From contig NW_027191411.1 in assembly GCF_041146345.1 (NCBI RefSeq), positions 992,001 to 1,056,000 on the forward strand: 64,000 nt of DNA, in the 5' to 3' direction. Below the pieces are notes generated by a model. The model saw nothing but the letters and a program-made list of their open reading frames with translations, was not told where the DNA came from and ran no database searches. Shown here in pieces: positions 1 through 12,700 of the stretch. Position numbers and translations under genes: made by a program. Numbering within the stretch: position 1 is the stretch's first letter; each line of letters starts with the position of its first letter. This DNA comes from Neodothiora populina (taxonomy: Eukaryota).

Positions 1-16
1 ACATAGTCATATCTAG

Positions 17-1324
17 TTGTCAGCGCCACACTTAGAAGCGCTTCTAGCTGCGCATCCACCCAAGGCAAGCATCAGCAGAGAAACGCAGACTTTTGTTCAC
101 CTCTATGAATTTAAAACGCGATTAAAGTTCAGCTTGAAGAGCTGGAAGATACAGCCGCTCCTCGATAAGCTTGGTCGTAACAATGAAATCCTCGATCGAT
201 ATACCACAATGAGTAGCAAACTGGAGAAAGTGCAAGGCAGAAGGAAGTCAAGCCGAAAGAGTACATTTGCGGCACCACTCCTACAGATACAGAACAGCGC
301 AAGAAGGCTATACAGAGTTCTTGAGACTGTATGGACTTGTTCGAGACATACTAGCCACAGCCTTAACTTTGGACTCGACGCACGCTTAGCCCAGTCTGGT
401 GCGAAGCCCACCCGAGCGGGTGAGTCGGAGTCAAGAGTGTGCTTTTGCGTAAGATCTCCCAACTCTTCTCCTTCGAAACGATGGCAAGAGCTCGAATTCC
501 ATGTTTTGCCGGAATACTCAACGAAGGCCACACAAGTGCGTTTTGCCTCGCAAGCTGCACATGTGTCGGCGGTTGACCCAAATGATCTAGAGGTCGTCGA
601 TTGTTTGTGTACTGCACTGCAACAAGCGCAGGCAGGAGAAGACTGTCTCGGATTCTGTCTCGACCACACAGAGAAACTGCTCGGCGACTACCCGGTCTTA
701 CGAGGTCAACGAGATCGTGGTCAGGTTGGCTACAACTCTACGATAAGCTTGAAAGAGCTGCTTGCAGCGTCGAGTACAATGAGTAATACGCAGCGTCGCA
801 GACTTCTCAATCTCAAGCAAGCTTACACTATTGCACTACATATTACCTCGTCCTTCTTGCAGCTCTACTCGACCCCATTTTTGAAAAGCAGCTGGAGCGC
901 AGGTGACATACTATTTTTACAGAACGAAGCCCAGCCGCAGTCCATCAACGTTGAAAGGCCCTACGTCTCGGAGACTTCCTCTTCGGCGGGCAAAACACAG
1001 GTAGATCTACCAGGAGATGATCATGGCGCTCTTCTGAGATTGGGCATCCTTTTGTTGGAGATCTTCTTCCGTGAATCAGTCGATGAGCACAGGGATCCCG
1101 CTCAAAGTGGGTCCAACCAGAGCTATACAGACCTCACCATTGCCAGACGCTGGGTGAAAGAGGATAAGGCAGAGATGTCAAAGGCTTTCTATGAGGCTGT
1201 CTCCTACTGCATCATGTCATTCGCCAATCCAGATGCCGACCTTGCGGACGCCACTTTCCGACAAGAGGTCGTCGATCATGTAGTGATACCTCTCAGGGAC
1301 GAAAAGGCAGCCCTCGGCGCTTGA
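17..1324 (+). CDS. 5'-partial (last exon) of a fungal DUF7580-like protein
   Basis: 435-codon open frame preceded by a probable acceptor (atctag, ending at 16). C-terminal motifs LCTAL..CLGF, ISLKELL, A.HITSSFLQLYSTP, LLRLGILLLEI and FRQEVVDHVVIPL resemble this fungal family. Confidence 0.6.
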   Translation: MSAPHLEALLAAHPPKASISRETQTFVHLYEFKTRLKFSLKSWKIQPLLDKLGRNNEILDRYTTMSSKLEKVQGRRKSSRKSTFAAPLLQIQNSARRLYRVLETVWTCSRHTSHSLNFGLDARLAQSGAKPTRAGESESRVCFCVRSPNSSPSKRWQELEFHVLPEYSTKATQVRFASQAAHVSAVDPNDLEVVDCLCTALQQAQAGEDCLGFCLDHTEKLLGDYPVLRGQRDRGQVGYNSTISLKELLAASSTMSNTQRRRLLNLKQAYTIALHITSSFLQLYSTPFLKSSWSAGDILFLQNEAQPQSINVERPYVSETSSSAGKTQVDLPGDDHGALLRLGILLLEIFFRESVDEHRDPAQSGSNQSYTDLTIARRWVKEDKAEMSKAFYEAVSYCIMSFANPDADLADATFRQEVVDHVVIPLRDEKAALGA

Positions 1325-1327
1325 ACG

Positions 1328-1404
1328 TGAAGAGACCATGAAGAGATCATGAAAAGATCGTGAATAGATCGTGAAGAGACAATGAAGAGATTATGGAGAG
1401 ATCA
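1328..1404. repeat. 11-bp degenerate minisatellite, 7 copies, consensus TGAAGAGATCA
   Basis: Units read directly: tgaagagacca, tgaagagatca, tgaaaagatcg, tgaatagatcg, tgaagagacaa, tgaagagatta, tggagagatca. Starts 4 nt after the stop codon. Confidence 0.85.
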
Positions 1405-1590
1405 TGAGGACATGCAGGTGTAAATAAGTCCATAGACATATCACGAACCACGACACGATTTGCATCTAATCTCTGTAAATTCTGAAGGGAGGATAGAAGA
1501 TGGTACTGATTGACTGAAGCGCAGCAGTAGTTGTCAATTGGAAGTTTTCCAAACTATATGAAGCATGATAAAGTGACCAATGCTCATCAA

Positions 1591-1699
1591 GGCGCTTTGG
1601 CGGAGTGGTTAACGCGATGCCCTGCTATGGATTCGAATCCTTCGAGTCTTAGTCCAGGCATTTCCTTCGGGAGCGTGTGTTCGAATCACACAGGCGTCG
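1591..1699 (+). tRNA. tRNA-Ser(GCT) with 28-nt intron (1628-1655)
   Basis: Acceptor GGCGCTT/AGGCGTC, D-arm with TGGCGGAGTGG, anticodon stem ATGCC/GGCAT with CT-GCT-A, long variable arm TCCTTCGGGA, T-arm GTGTG-TTCGAAT-CACAC, discriminator G, followed by a T5 Pol III terminator. Confidence 0.95.
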
Positions 1700-1960
1700 A
1701 GTTTTTGTTTTCTTTTGCCCCTGCAATCTTGCCTCGACTGCATCCCCTCCAATCTTGCCTCTATGCAGTCGAGGGAGAAAGAGATGAACATAATTTTTAT
1801 CACTCCTGTAGCATGACTTGAAAGTCTCAGATTTTGTGCTCGGAGCAGGTTACACTTTGTTGCTCGTATCAACCACTAAGCAGGGGTATATATAACTATA
1901 ACAATTCGAAGCAAACAAGCATGTGCAACAATGGTCCATCCATGGTGGCATCCATCCACC

Positions 1961-2737
1961 TCATCCAGCATGCCCCAAATACCGTTCAATATCGTCATTA
2001 GCATAAAACATCTCCCTCATCTTTTGGTCCTTCCTCTTCTGTTCCGCATCTAGCTTTCTGACCTTTCCAGCATCCAGCTTCTTGACTTCTTTGCGCTCGA
2101 CTTTCCGCTGTGGTTTTCTTAATTTCCTCAATACTTCTTCGTCATCGTCGTTGTTGATACCATGACCTAGGCCCACAGTGTCTCGCTTCTCCTTGGCTTT
2201 GACAGGGTGTAGAATGCCTTCTCCTTGGGCGCCTAAGCCTGTGCGAGCGTCTGGATCCCAGCCGTGAGACTGGAGTATTGAGATTCCTTTGCGCTTGCGG
2301 TCGAGAGCTGAAGGGGGATGAGAATGCGGAAGGCAGATCTGGTGAACCAAGCTGGTGGTATGGTCTTCTGTTGACGGGGTGGAAGCGTTGATCGGTGCGT
2401 TGCAGATTTCGCAGACGACGTCCTGCTGTGATGTCGGTGCCAGCGAAGATATCTCCTTGACTTCTGGTGCTACTGCACTTGTTTCGACGGTTTCTACCGA
2501 TGGTGGTAATGGACTACTTGCAACTGGTGAAGTTGACTCTGACTGTGACTTTTGAAAGACTACAGCCAGGTATCTTTCACTAGCAGATGACTTCGTCGTC
2601 TTTCCTGAAGAGATAGAAGATGCTGGCAGGGTGGTCGTCGAAGGTACAAAATTAATGCGCTTACGTTTTATGCCTGCGCCAAAGTATCTTTGGTCCTTGA
2701 GGGGAACCTCGTAGTATTCCTCGTCGCTATCCGCCAT
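1961..2737 (-). CDS. G-patch domain protein (GPANK1/CMG1-like, with zinc-finger-like CEIC..H..H)
   Basis: ATG at 2737 (MADSDEE). G-patch signature GISILQSHGWDPDARTGLGAQGEGILHPV...GLG. Confidence 0.85.
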   Translation of the reverse strand: MADSDEEYYEVPLKDQRYFGAGIKRKRINFVPSTTTLPASSISSGKTTKSSASERYLAVVFQKSQSESTSPVASSPLPPSVETVETSAVAPEVKEISSLAPTSQQDVVCEICNAPINASTPSTEDHTTSLVHQICLPHSHPPSALDRKRKGISILQSHGWDPDARTGLGAQGEGILHPVKAKEKRDTVGLGHGINNDDDEEVLRKLRKPQRKVERKEVKKLDAGKVRKLDAEQKRKDQKMREMFYANDDIERYLGHAG

Positions 2738-3009
2738 ACTGTGAACAAGCACGACGATCTACGGCGTTATCTACATGCACCTACGACATCTACAGCGCAA
2801 GAAACACGACTTTGTGAACTGCCCAAGACAGTGGGGTGGACGGAAATGATGTAGTAGCACAGAGGGGCGAAGAAGACAATACGGGATTATACGATCAAAT
2901 CTCCGGCGGTGATAAGATAAGAGATTGGCCTCTGAAGTTTACTGTACAACATCTCTCTCCCTCTGTTGTGAATTACCAATCTCCTATTCCACACAACCAT
3001 ACGGAAGAC

Positions 3010-4338
3010 ATGCCTGTCCCTTCGATAGCGACAGTCATTGCCGATGGCCTGGATGCGGTGCCGGGAGCCAGATTGCTGGTTCGGGCATTGCCATGGATGT
3101 TAGTGCTGTATGTCATCAAATGGTACTTTTCCGGCACCAGCAACACATCCGAGAGGAAGATGCATGGAAAGGTGGTCATGGTCACAGTATGCATTATATC
3201 TCGAATTCCATGAACTCAACTCAGTATGCTCATCAGAATTCTGTAGGGAGGCACATCCGGCATAGGTCAAGAAGTAGTGCGGAACCTAGCAGCACGAGGG
3301 GCTCAAATCGTGCTCTTGACGCAGCATCCCCTGAACGACCTCTTCCTGGTCGACTACATTGGCGAACTCCGCGAAAGGACAAACAATGAACTCATCACTG
3401 CCGAACAAGTGGATCTATCATCTCTACATTCCATCCGCACCTTTGCTACAAAATGGATCGACAATGCCCCTCCCCGGAGACTCGACATGATCATCCTTTG
3501 CGCCAGCACATTGACTCCCAAGGGAGGAAAGATCCAAGTGACAGACGAAGGAGTGGAAGAGAATTGGCAACTTAACTACCTCGCCAACTTCCACCTCCTC
3601 AGCATCCTCAGTCCCGCCATTCGTGCCCAGCCGCCTGACAGAGAAGTCCGCATCCTCTTCGCCACCTGCTCAACGTACGTCGGCGCCGATCTACCTATCC
3701 AAGTCAAAACTGCCGAGTCAGAGAAAGACAGCTCGGTCAAGAAAGAAGCAGTCAAAGCCTTCAACCCCAGCGCCGCCTACTCGTCCTCCAAACTCGCTCT
3801 GATGACGTTCGCCCTGGCATTCCAGAAACATCTGACCTCCTACTCTCGACCGGATAAGAAGCCAATGAACGCCCGCGTCTTCCTCGTCGACCCGGGATAC
3901 ACTCGCACGCCTGGAATGCGCCGCTACCTTACCTGGGGCTCGTTGATCGGTCTCGCGCTTTACCTCATCACTTACCCCTTTTGGTGGCTGGTCCTCAAGT
4001 CCCCTGAACAAGGTTCTCAGACCTTCTTGTACGCAGCCATGGAAGCGAGATTTGGACGCGGCGATGGCGGGTGGTACCTGAAGGAATGCAGGGAGATGAA
4101 AGTCCTGAGACAGGATCCTGCCGACGAAGCGTTACAGAAGAGACTTTGGGAGTACAGCGAGAGCATGGTGCAAGAGGCTGAGAAGAGAGGCGCGAAGAAG
4201 AGGGCAGTGATCAAAGCTGAAGCGGAGAAGAAGGAAAAGGAAAGGAAAGAGAAAGCGCAGCAGGCGCAGAAGCAGGAAAAGAAGCAGGATCCTCAGCCGG
4301 CAAAGGCTCCTGGATCAAGGAGAAGTCGCAAGGCTTGA
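3010..4338 (+). CDS. PBR1: Short-chain dehydrogenase/reductase, Pbr1-like; exons 3010-3186, 3247-4338
   Basis: Removing GTATGC..CTGTAG (3187-3246) restores the Rossmann motif VMVTGGTSGIG. Also NAPPRRLDMIIL, YSSSK catalytic motif and hydrophobic segments. Confidence 0.8.
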
Positions 4339-4482
4339 TTGACCTTGTGAGATTTGTTATTACTAACGGCCTCTTATCGGATCTGAGTATCTATAATCAC
4401 AAAAGCACCGAGTGGACGTTATCCTCCGCTCTTTCTCCCCATATCATACATTCAATCCCGTGCTCAGACAGCCGTGTACCCC

Positions 4483-5515
4483 TCAAGAAGCCAGTCCAGC
4501 AAACACAAGCATACCCACCGCCCCGGTGCCCATTGCCATCGCGAAATTAACCCCGTTATTATTCAGCAGATCCATGCCTCTCTGGACTCTACTTCCACCC
4601 GCTCCAGCACCAACAAGAACTCTCCGTCCATTCTCCCCCTCCACAACCCTCCCACTGGCTTTATCCTCTACAGTAGCCTGGCAAACAGCTCCGAGCACGC
4701 TGTCCAACACTGATCCAAACAGTCCCGCAACACTGACCCCTGCCACTAATCGCAGTTTCGTCAACGACTCGGAGCTAAAGACTGACGATGGGAGTAGCAA
4801 GATCGACGTTACGCCAGTTAGGAACCCGCCGAATAGACCCCATGCTAGACCCGTGATCGTGACGCCTCCATTCGTCCCCTTGGGCACGCTTTTCCAGGGT
4901 TGAGTGATGAGGAACGGCGCCGAAGGACTCAAGATTCCAAGTTCAGAGGACAGAGTATCCGCCGTCGCCGCAGCGTACGAACAGATAATCCCAACAGGCA
5001 GGACGAGCTCAGACGTCGTCTTTGCAGAGGAAGAAAAGAAAGAGGTAAAGTAGGATGAGACGGAAGAAGAAGGGGTGCCAGAGTAGTGGAGGTAGACATC
5101 TAGCAGGATCAGAAGGCCTGCGGGAAGAGCGTTTGCGAAGACTTGGGCTGCTGAGCGGCCGTGGCTTGCTTCGCCTCCTGAGCCGCCTTGACTGGATTGT
5201 GTCAGGAGCGCTTTTTGCTTGTGGTGGACCTGCGATGTATCAGTATATAGTCACACGAATTCATGGATTTCTGGGTTGTAAGTAACAGGTGCGTGAACAT
5301 ACTTTGGTGGCAATAGTGCCAGCCATGAAGAACGTGACGAGCAAGTAGAAGAACACGCTCCATGGGTGCAGCATATGTATCACTGCCGTCACGATGGCCG
5401 CGGCGATGCCATCAGGCGTCAGCTTCTTCTTGCTCAAGCTGTATACTACAAGTGCTACTGTGACGAGAACTTGCGGCGCATGGGCCGTCACGAATGACGA
5501 GATCGTTTGTAGCAT
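4483..5515 (-). CDS. TMEM19/DUF92 family membrane protein; exons 5515-5303, 5229-4483
   Basis: Intron GTATGT..CTGAT..GCAG (5302-5230) joins the frames. Motifs KKLTPDGIAAA, GRSAAQVFAN, ADTLSSELG, VPKGTNGGVT and DSVLGAVCQA. Confidence 0.85.
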
Positions 5516-6346
5516 CTTCGCGTCGTGGCCTGGTCGAATTCTATGGATTAGAGAGGTTTATGAACGGTTCTGACTTTAATGTAAGCGCCGAACAGAATAT
5601 AGGTATAGATCAGCCGGACAAGGCAGGATACGGCAAGGTAAGTACTGTAAGGTACCTTGACGCACTACAGAGGATACATACAGATCATACACAAGTGCCA
5701 AGCAATGGAAGACGATAGACAGCAAAGCTCTTTGGTGTGAGGAAAGTCACAGTCTCAGAAGGTTGAAAGTTTCAAGAAATTATTCTGTGGATGATCTTTT
5801 GCAATGAATGTTCCTACGATTTTCTCATTTCGATACATCATAGGTAGGAAGCATTCAATGGCGTCAGAACCCTGCCTCGTGGTCCATTCACTGCCGGGCT
5901 ATTGGACCCCATATGTGTGAACGAGATCAGGGACCGAGTCTCGGATCTAATCTTAGTCGTGAAGCTTATCGGCCCTCCACCCACCCGAGTCGTGCATTCG
6001 AGTGCGGAGGAATGGTTCTATCGCGATATTCGTTATATTGACTCTCACATAACAATTCGAAACGCATGCGCCGAAAGGCAGGTGTGATCTTCAGACGAGT
6101 GTTGTATTGCATGAGACAAAGATACATCGAGTGCAGAATCTATTTCTTGCCCCGCGGTCACCTGTTGCGCGGTGGTTCAGCTCTTGGACGTTCGGCCTTC
6201 AGCTCTCAGCCTACTTGCGCTGATCTCCGCTGCTTCTCATAAAACCTCGTGTCATTCCATTTTATTACTTTACTATCTTGCGTGCGGAGACACGAGAGAC
6301 CCGTTTCTGCGCAGACGATATACACTGCACTGAGGGCGTTGTCGCC

Positions 6347-8307
6347 ATGGCTTCTCCACATACAACACCAACATCCATGTCCATTCGGCCGCGACGGACG
6401 TCGGACAGGTCTGTGTCCGGGCCGACCGAAGCAGACGCAGACGACCGACATCGCATCGCCAGCAGCACCAGCTACATGCGCGGCATGCGACGACTAGAGA
6501 TGCGACGCGGCATGGAAGAATCACACTTTCTGGCACAGAAAGCAAGGGTGACCATGGCATCCGTAATTGAACCACCGGTGGATCTACGCTTGCTGGACTA
6601 TGTCTTGGATTACGATCGCAACCTCATGTGCCCCATCTGCCGCTGCCCCTTTGTCGATCCGGTCGTGTTGAGTGAATGTGATCATTGCTTCTGTCGCGAC
6701 TGCCTCAGTCAGACGTGGACCGGATATCATCCCGGCGGTCCGAGGGGCAACTGTCCAACCTGTAGGAGGGACTCGAGATTGGCGCCCAAGTCAGCTGTGA
6801 GCAAGATATTGGTCAATATTCTCGATGACTTGGTTGTCAGGTGTCCCAAGCATGAAGATGGCTGCACTGCCGAGATCAAGAGAGGCGAAGTGACCCATCA
6901 CGTCGAATTGTATTGTGGGTATCCTTCTGTGCGATGTCCGAGACCAGATTGTGAGCAGCCGATAAGACGGAAAGACGCAAGTGTCTGCCTTCACTACAGC
7001 GTGGCCTGTATCGACTGTCACAACACCATGTTTGTCAATCAACTAGAGGTAATCAAGAACCCATCATTCCCTTTCGTGTTTTTGCGTTCACGCCCCATAC
7101 TGACATCAAGTGCTCTCAGGATCACTGGGCGCGCGAATGCCCTGACCGCAAAGTTGACTGCCCCTCTTGCGAGCAGACTGTATACTATCGCACGCTAGAC
7201 TCGCATGTGAATACTGTTTGTCCAGCAATAACTGTACCGTGTCCAGGCTCTCCCTATGGCTGTGTGTTCCGCTCCAAGCGCGGAGAGCTGGAAGCTCACT
7301 CCAAGATCTGTGTACTTGCAACCCTGGCCCCGACGTTCGCAGCCCAGCAGAGACGCATCGACGAGCAGGAGGAAAGCCAAAAGGCACTGCTTCGCAAACT
7401 CGCAGTGTTCGAGCAGGGATTCGAAAAGCTACAGAACTTGGTCTCTGAGGGTAGCGCCCCTGACATGTACGAACCAACTAATCCTGCCGACCCGGAGCGG
7501 ATCCCCTTGACTTTGGAATCAAGGACTCGCAGACCTGAGTATGGACATACACGCGGGGAGGAAGAATTACTCGACCACGCGATGTATCGTGAGCGTATCG
7601 AAAGCAGCACCAGCGTACTCCCGGACCTGGAGTTTTCCTCTCCTCCCTCTGGCCGTGCAAGCAGGTTAAGTCAGCAACAATCACGGCTGAGCTATAGACC
7701 TGTGGAATCGCATGCCCGTCAAGCGTCGACATCAGGCTTGTTCGATGCCTCTCGCCAGCCTCAATCCCAAGATCTGCAGGACCTCGAGCTATTCATGCAG
7801 TCTCCGCCGCGCACACCACGCGAGGATTCGTCCTATGTGCCCTCGCCTATTCAACATCTTCTTTCACTGCATGAGTCCCTCCGAGACGAGGTCACACGTA
7901 TAGCGGCGGCCCTACACGATCTAGACGGCAGACATTCGATGTTGATCTTCAATGAAAACCTTCGCTTGAAAGAAGACATGGCGTTCCTCAACGCTCAAGT
8001 CAGCGGAATAGGTAGACAAGTGAATTGGCTTACAAACACCACTTCCCGTGGGCTACAGATGGCCCAACAGCAGCGACAAGGACAGTCGTCACGGAGTGAT
8101 GACGACACGGATGGGGAGCAAGACAGGGCCAAGGGTATGGAGGGTAGTATCGGCATGCAGAATGCGGTCACTGCCTTGAGAGGCGCCGCCAGAATGGTCA
8201 ACCTCAACGGAGGCTCAATGCAGCGGGCAGGAAGCGTTAGTGCAGGGGGTAATATTCTTCCTCCGCCCAGGAGACAGGGAAGCGACGAAGGGAGAACCAA
8301 GCTTTGA
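6347..8307 (+). CDS. RING-finger / TRAF-type zinc-finger protein (probable E3 ligase); exons 6347-7048, 7120-8307
   Basis: C3HC4 RING CPICRCPFVDPVVLSECDHCFCRDC..CPTC, followed by TRAF-type Zn fingers and a coiled coil. Intron GTAATC..CTGAC..TCAG 7049-7119. Start could instead be the ATG at 6553. Confidence 0.85.
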
Positions 8308-8906
8308 GGGTCTGGCTCGATGATCAATGAAGGATGAATATCCATCTCAAGTACTCGGTCGCTTTATGTGTGCTACCGTACGGACAGGGTGTCAGTCCAT
8401 AGCCCTGAACGAACATTATGAAAGCACAACTGAGCATTTCCCACAAGGTCAGCATACGTAAAATTGATATACGTTCATTACAAATAGAGGACGAAGTGTT
8501 ACATTACTCCACTGGTATCTCTGCACTACTTATTCAGTCCTTGAAGTTATAAGCAGATGTTCAGTAGGTAAGGCAGCTGGTGAAGGGAGAATGACGCTGA
8601 AAGTAGACGGGGGCTGTGGAGGGACTCCAACCATCTCGGCAACAACGCCTCGAGCCAAGGATACCGACAGCAACCTACTGCCTATCGCCGACTCGAAGGC
8701 TTCCGTCTATCTTTCGACGTCACTACACATATCTTCCATTCTCCATCAACGAAGCGACAATACCACTGAATCAGTCGGATCAACTGCAGTTAAAACATCC
8801 ACATTGAAGAGTCGCATCCATCGGCCACAGAATCGCCATCTCCACAAACCAACGACTCCGTCTCCCGCCTCTCACAGGCACCAACCACCACCAGAACAAC
8901 GCAAAC

Positions 8907-9767
8907 ATGTCAAGCAACCCCAGCCAACTCTTCCTGCTAGCAGACCACATAAAACTCTCCCTGCTCGAGCGACAACGCGCCATAGCCCTCAACCTCGAGC
9001 CAACGAAACAAGACGGCCACATAACGCGCTCTCTCGAGTCCCTGCGCGACGGCATCGAGAACCTGCGCAAACAGCAGCGCCAACTAAGCAGCACGGGCAC
9101 ATCGACAAAAGACCTTCAGGAGCAGACGGTCAAGCTGCAGAAACAATATGCCGAGATGAACGTGGCGTTCTATGGCTCTTCTGGTGCAATTGTCTCCGAG
9201 GCGATTACGGAGCCTAATGACCCTGCGCTGGCGGGCGACTTTGCGCGCGCGAAGAGGACGCCGAAGGGAGCTGCGGCGGCGGCGAAGAGTGGGAATAAAT
9301 CCGTCAGGTTCAGGGATAACCCCGATGACGAAGAGAGGTCTTACCACGATGACGACGACGAAGAGAACCGAACAGCGCTTTTCTCCTCATCAGGCAGCGC
9401 AGCAACGACGGCCGGCTCAGGGAGATACACCGACGACACTTCCGCAGACCTCGACCAGTCTGCGCTTTCGAACCAGCAGATCCACGCCCATCACAAGCAG
9501 GTCTTGCGGGAACAGGACGACCAGCTCGATACGCTGGGCGAGAGTATCCGGCGCCAACGCCATTTAGGCGTTCAGATGGGAAATGAGCTGGACGAGCAGG
9601 TCGAGTTGTTGGACGATGTCGAGGCGGGTGTGGGTAGACATCAGGGCACGCTGGACAGAGCTCAGACGAGACTCAAGGGCGTTGCGAGAAAGGCAAAGGA
9701 TAATTGGAGCTGGATCACGATTGCTTGTTTGATTCTGATTCTGGTCTTGTTGATTGCTCTTACGTGA
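8907..9767 (+). CDS. SYN8: Qc-SNARE syntaxin-8-like protein
   Basis: N-terminal QLFLLADHIKLSLLERQRA, SNARE motif EQDDQLDTLGESIRRQRHLGVQMGNELDEQ, C-terminal TM anchor. Confidence 0.88.
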   Translation: MSSNPSQLFLLADHIKLSLLERQRAIALNLEPTKQDGHITRSLESLRDGIENLRKQQRQLSSTGTSTKDLQEQTVKLQKQYAEMNVAFYGSSGAIVSEAITEPNDPALAGDFARAKRTPKGAAAAAKSGNKSVRFRDNPDDEERSYHDDDDEENRTALFSSSGSAATTAGSGRYTDDTSADLDQSALSNQQIHAHHKQVLREQDDQLDTLGESIRRQRHLGVQMGNELDEQVELLDDVEAGVGRHQGTLDRAQTRLKGVARKAKDNWSWITIACLILILVLLIALT

Positions 9768-12700
9768 GTCGTGCAATCTTGTCGCTCGCTGCTGCTGCTG
9801 CGCGGAGATGATGCAGAGCAAAGCGAGCGACGGACGGGCAGAACGTTATCGATATGGGCAGTGAAAGGCGCCATCATCAACATCTTCATGGTTCAATTGT
9901 ACATACAGGGAGCACAAGAGCTGGGAGGAGAAGAAGGGGCGGTTTTTGTTTTGTGTTTCTGGTCTCTTGTTGTGCCTCTGCGTTACTCTTCACGAGACAC
10001 CCACTTTTTGTCTATACCAAGATCCCAGAACTAGACTGTAGCTAATACTAACGTGTAATGACTATTTTTCCCTATTCCTTCTATTCCCATGTCCGTTGAT
10101 TTGACCTTCTCGAGGACACGGTCCAAGGAAATGCACACGCATCTCGGATACGAATATGAATGAACGCATACATGAAAATTGTTCACAACTATGGAAGAAA
10201 GCTTTCTCGTGGAGTAGACGAGCTGCGCAACCTATTGAGAGGACACGACCAAGATTCGCCGCGATGATAGTTGCCTACACGTTTGTTTCCCAAGTCCGCA
10301 AACGCGGAGTTTGTCCAAATCATGCACTGGCCAAACCTCGCAATCCCCGGCAGCCAATGCATTTCTGCTCTGATCTTTGCCTTCAAAGCTTTGGCTAACA
10401 TTTCTTGCACACCGGAATGGTGGGCTACGGTTGTCGTAATGCTTCGCACATCATGACCCTACTAGGATGTTTTCCGTAGATGAAAACAATAGCACATAGC
10501 TTCAATCCCTCCTCTCGAGTCTGGCGGTGGGGAAGACTCTCCTCAGATCTTTACGTCAGACCGACGGTAAACGAAGTGACATGTCCATCCACTCGATATT
10601 GGTAGGTAGACACACGAAACCGGGTTGCAAGCAATTCCAATGACTCGATGTTTTTGCATATGGAGATGCGCCGTGCAAATCCTCACATATCGTCCTTTGT
10701 TAGCCCCCAATCGACGACTTGAGGAATACGCATCAAATTTGTCCAAACAAAAAATTTGCACCCCGTGGATTGCATGTCCAGCTCATGCTGATGACACTTC
10801 ACGGTGTCATCGTCGTGCAGCAAATATGGATCCTTTGTCCAGTGATAGAACTTATTACTGGTCTGTATGGTCAAAAACGAGGCGCGAGACAAGGGTGAAA
10901 ATCTTTTCAGAGGCTGTTTCACTTGATGCCAGGGACCATTAAAAAGGCAAGAGCGCTGTGGGGGTACCTTACATTTGCAGATCCTTGCTTTCTCTGCTCT
11001 TGTCACTCTCTGTACTCGTATCACTGCCAGAAAGTCCACATGTCCACTGCGATGCGCAAGCTGTGCAGGTCTCACTTCTAAGGCGGTTTTCCGATCGGTG
11101 ATGTATTAGAGGGAGTGACATTTGATCGGCAGCAAGACAGCGCGTAGACCTGCCCATGCAAAGCAGTCTAGTATGAGAAGAACATACCTGCTCGATTACA
11201 ATGCATTCCACTCGCGGAATGCCATCACCTTCACGAATCATGGACGAATTGACGGTGTACGGCATGGGACTCTCAAGATAATGGGACGTCCGAAGGAGAG
11301 GATGGGGTCATCAGCTCGTGGTAGGTTACCTCAATCTAGAGCAGGTAGATACAGCTGGTCTCAGATTCTTTTCGTGTATCAGCTGCCACTGGTCGTCGTA
11401 ATGCGCAAGGTACGAGAGACACACGAGCAGCTCAGCTTCGGAAGACTGACACCGCGATAAGCAGGAGCAACAGATCTGTCCTAAATGGACATTCGGAAGC
11501 ATGCATTAAAGCGAGGGGTGCTTGTTCAAAAACTGCAATTGTCGAATCCGAACCCATTACCTTTTGATCAGCAGGCGGCATGCCGTATCCAACTGCTGAT
11601 GTCCCATTCTTTGGGTAAGATCGATTCCTGGTCATTCGACCATCTTGTTGATCGCCAGGCAACCAGGACATGCTCGACATGATTCGAGCCCGCGCTTTGT
11701 TTATGTTGTTCCGACGATCTCAGGGATTGACATTGACCAAAGCGATTGACAGGCACGTTCATACAATAGCCGATGTGGTCTGTGCCCTCATGTCACCGTG
11801 TTCGGTGTGCACTAGAGTGACTGGATGGGACCTGCTGAATGACCTGCATCGCTCTTCGCGTTCTACAGTAGACTAGACCCGCTTGGCTTGCAGGTGGTGG
11901 TCCTCAGGCACCTACGGCACGGGACGCACCGAGAGACAACCTTCGCCGTCCGAGAGCCAGTGCAGGCGGTAGCACGCAGCTTGCGGTGTTTTCGCAGCAT
12001 GTCGTGATGCTCTGTGTAGCTGTGGTCTGTCCTGGTCTAGTCCACACGCCAGGGTTAGGAGATGTTGAGTGATGCGGTGACAAGACTTGGCGTGATGGCC
12101 AATCAACAACAGTGTCCACCATGATGCAGCGGTGCAGAAGGCTACTTTCTGTCAGGTGCATATCCTACCTTACTAATGTTCAAAGGTCTCGATCTCGGGA
12201 GCGAATGAAACGTGATATATGGTCCCAGCAAGTGGGGAAGCGCAAGCGGAATGACGGGTAGGAGAACCGGATTGCGGCTTTCAACTTTGGTGTCGGCGCC
12301 AAAGCCTGCCGCATACAGTAGGTAGGTGAAGGGCTCGGTCTAACAAAGGTGAGTAAACATAGCGGCTCGTTGGCTCACGAGTGTCCTCCTACCCTACTCG
12401 ATTTGCAGCGGGCATTGAGATGTAGACGTGAGTAGCTATGAGCGCCACAGTCATGTTGATACCCTATCAACTCGGTGAGTGACAGATGCCAACGAAGCAA
12501 GGATGGATACTAGACAGGACTAAGAGAGACCTTGTCTGGTCAACACAGTCAGGATGACTTAGTGGCAAGCTTCTACGAACGATTGAAGAACCAGTGAAGC
12601 GTAAGAGCATCGACTATCGCGAAATTATGAGATAACCGTCGTAATTGCAAGACATGCCAACCTGCCCTAAGGTAGATCATAGTAACAAGCAGCGCATGGA

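Noticed and set aside
1531..1821. ORFs 1531-1821 and 26602-26787 share the peptide LAEWLTRCPAMDS...
   Set aside because: The similarity is simply translation of the two tRNA-Ser genes.
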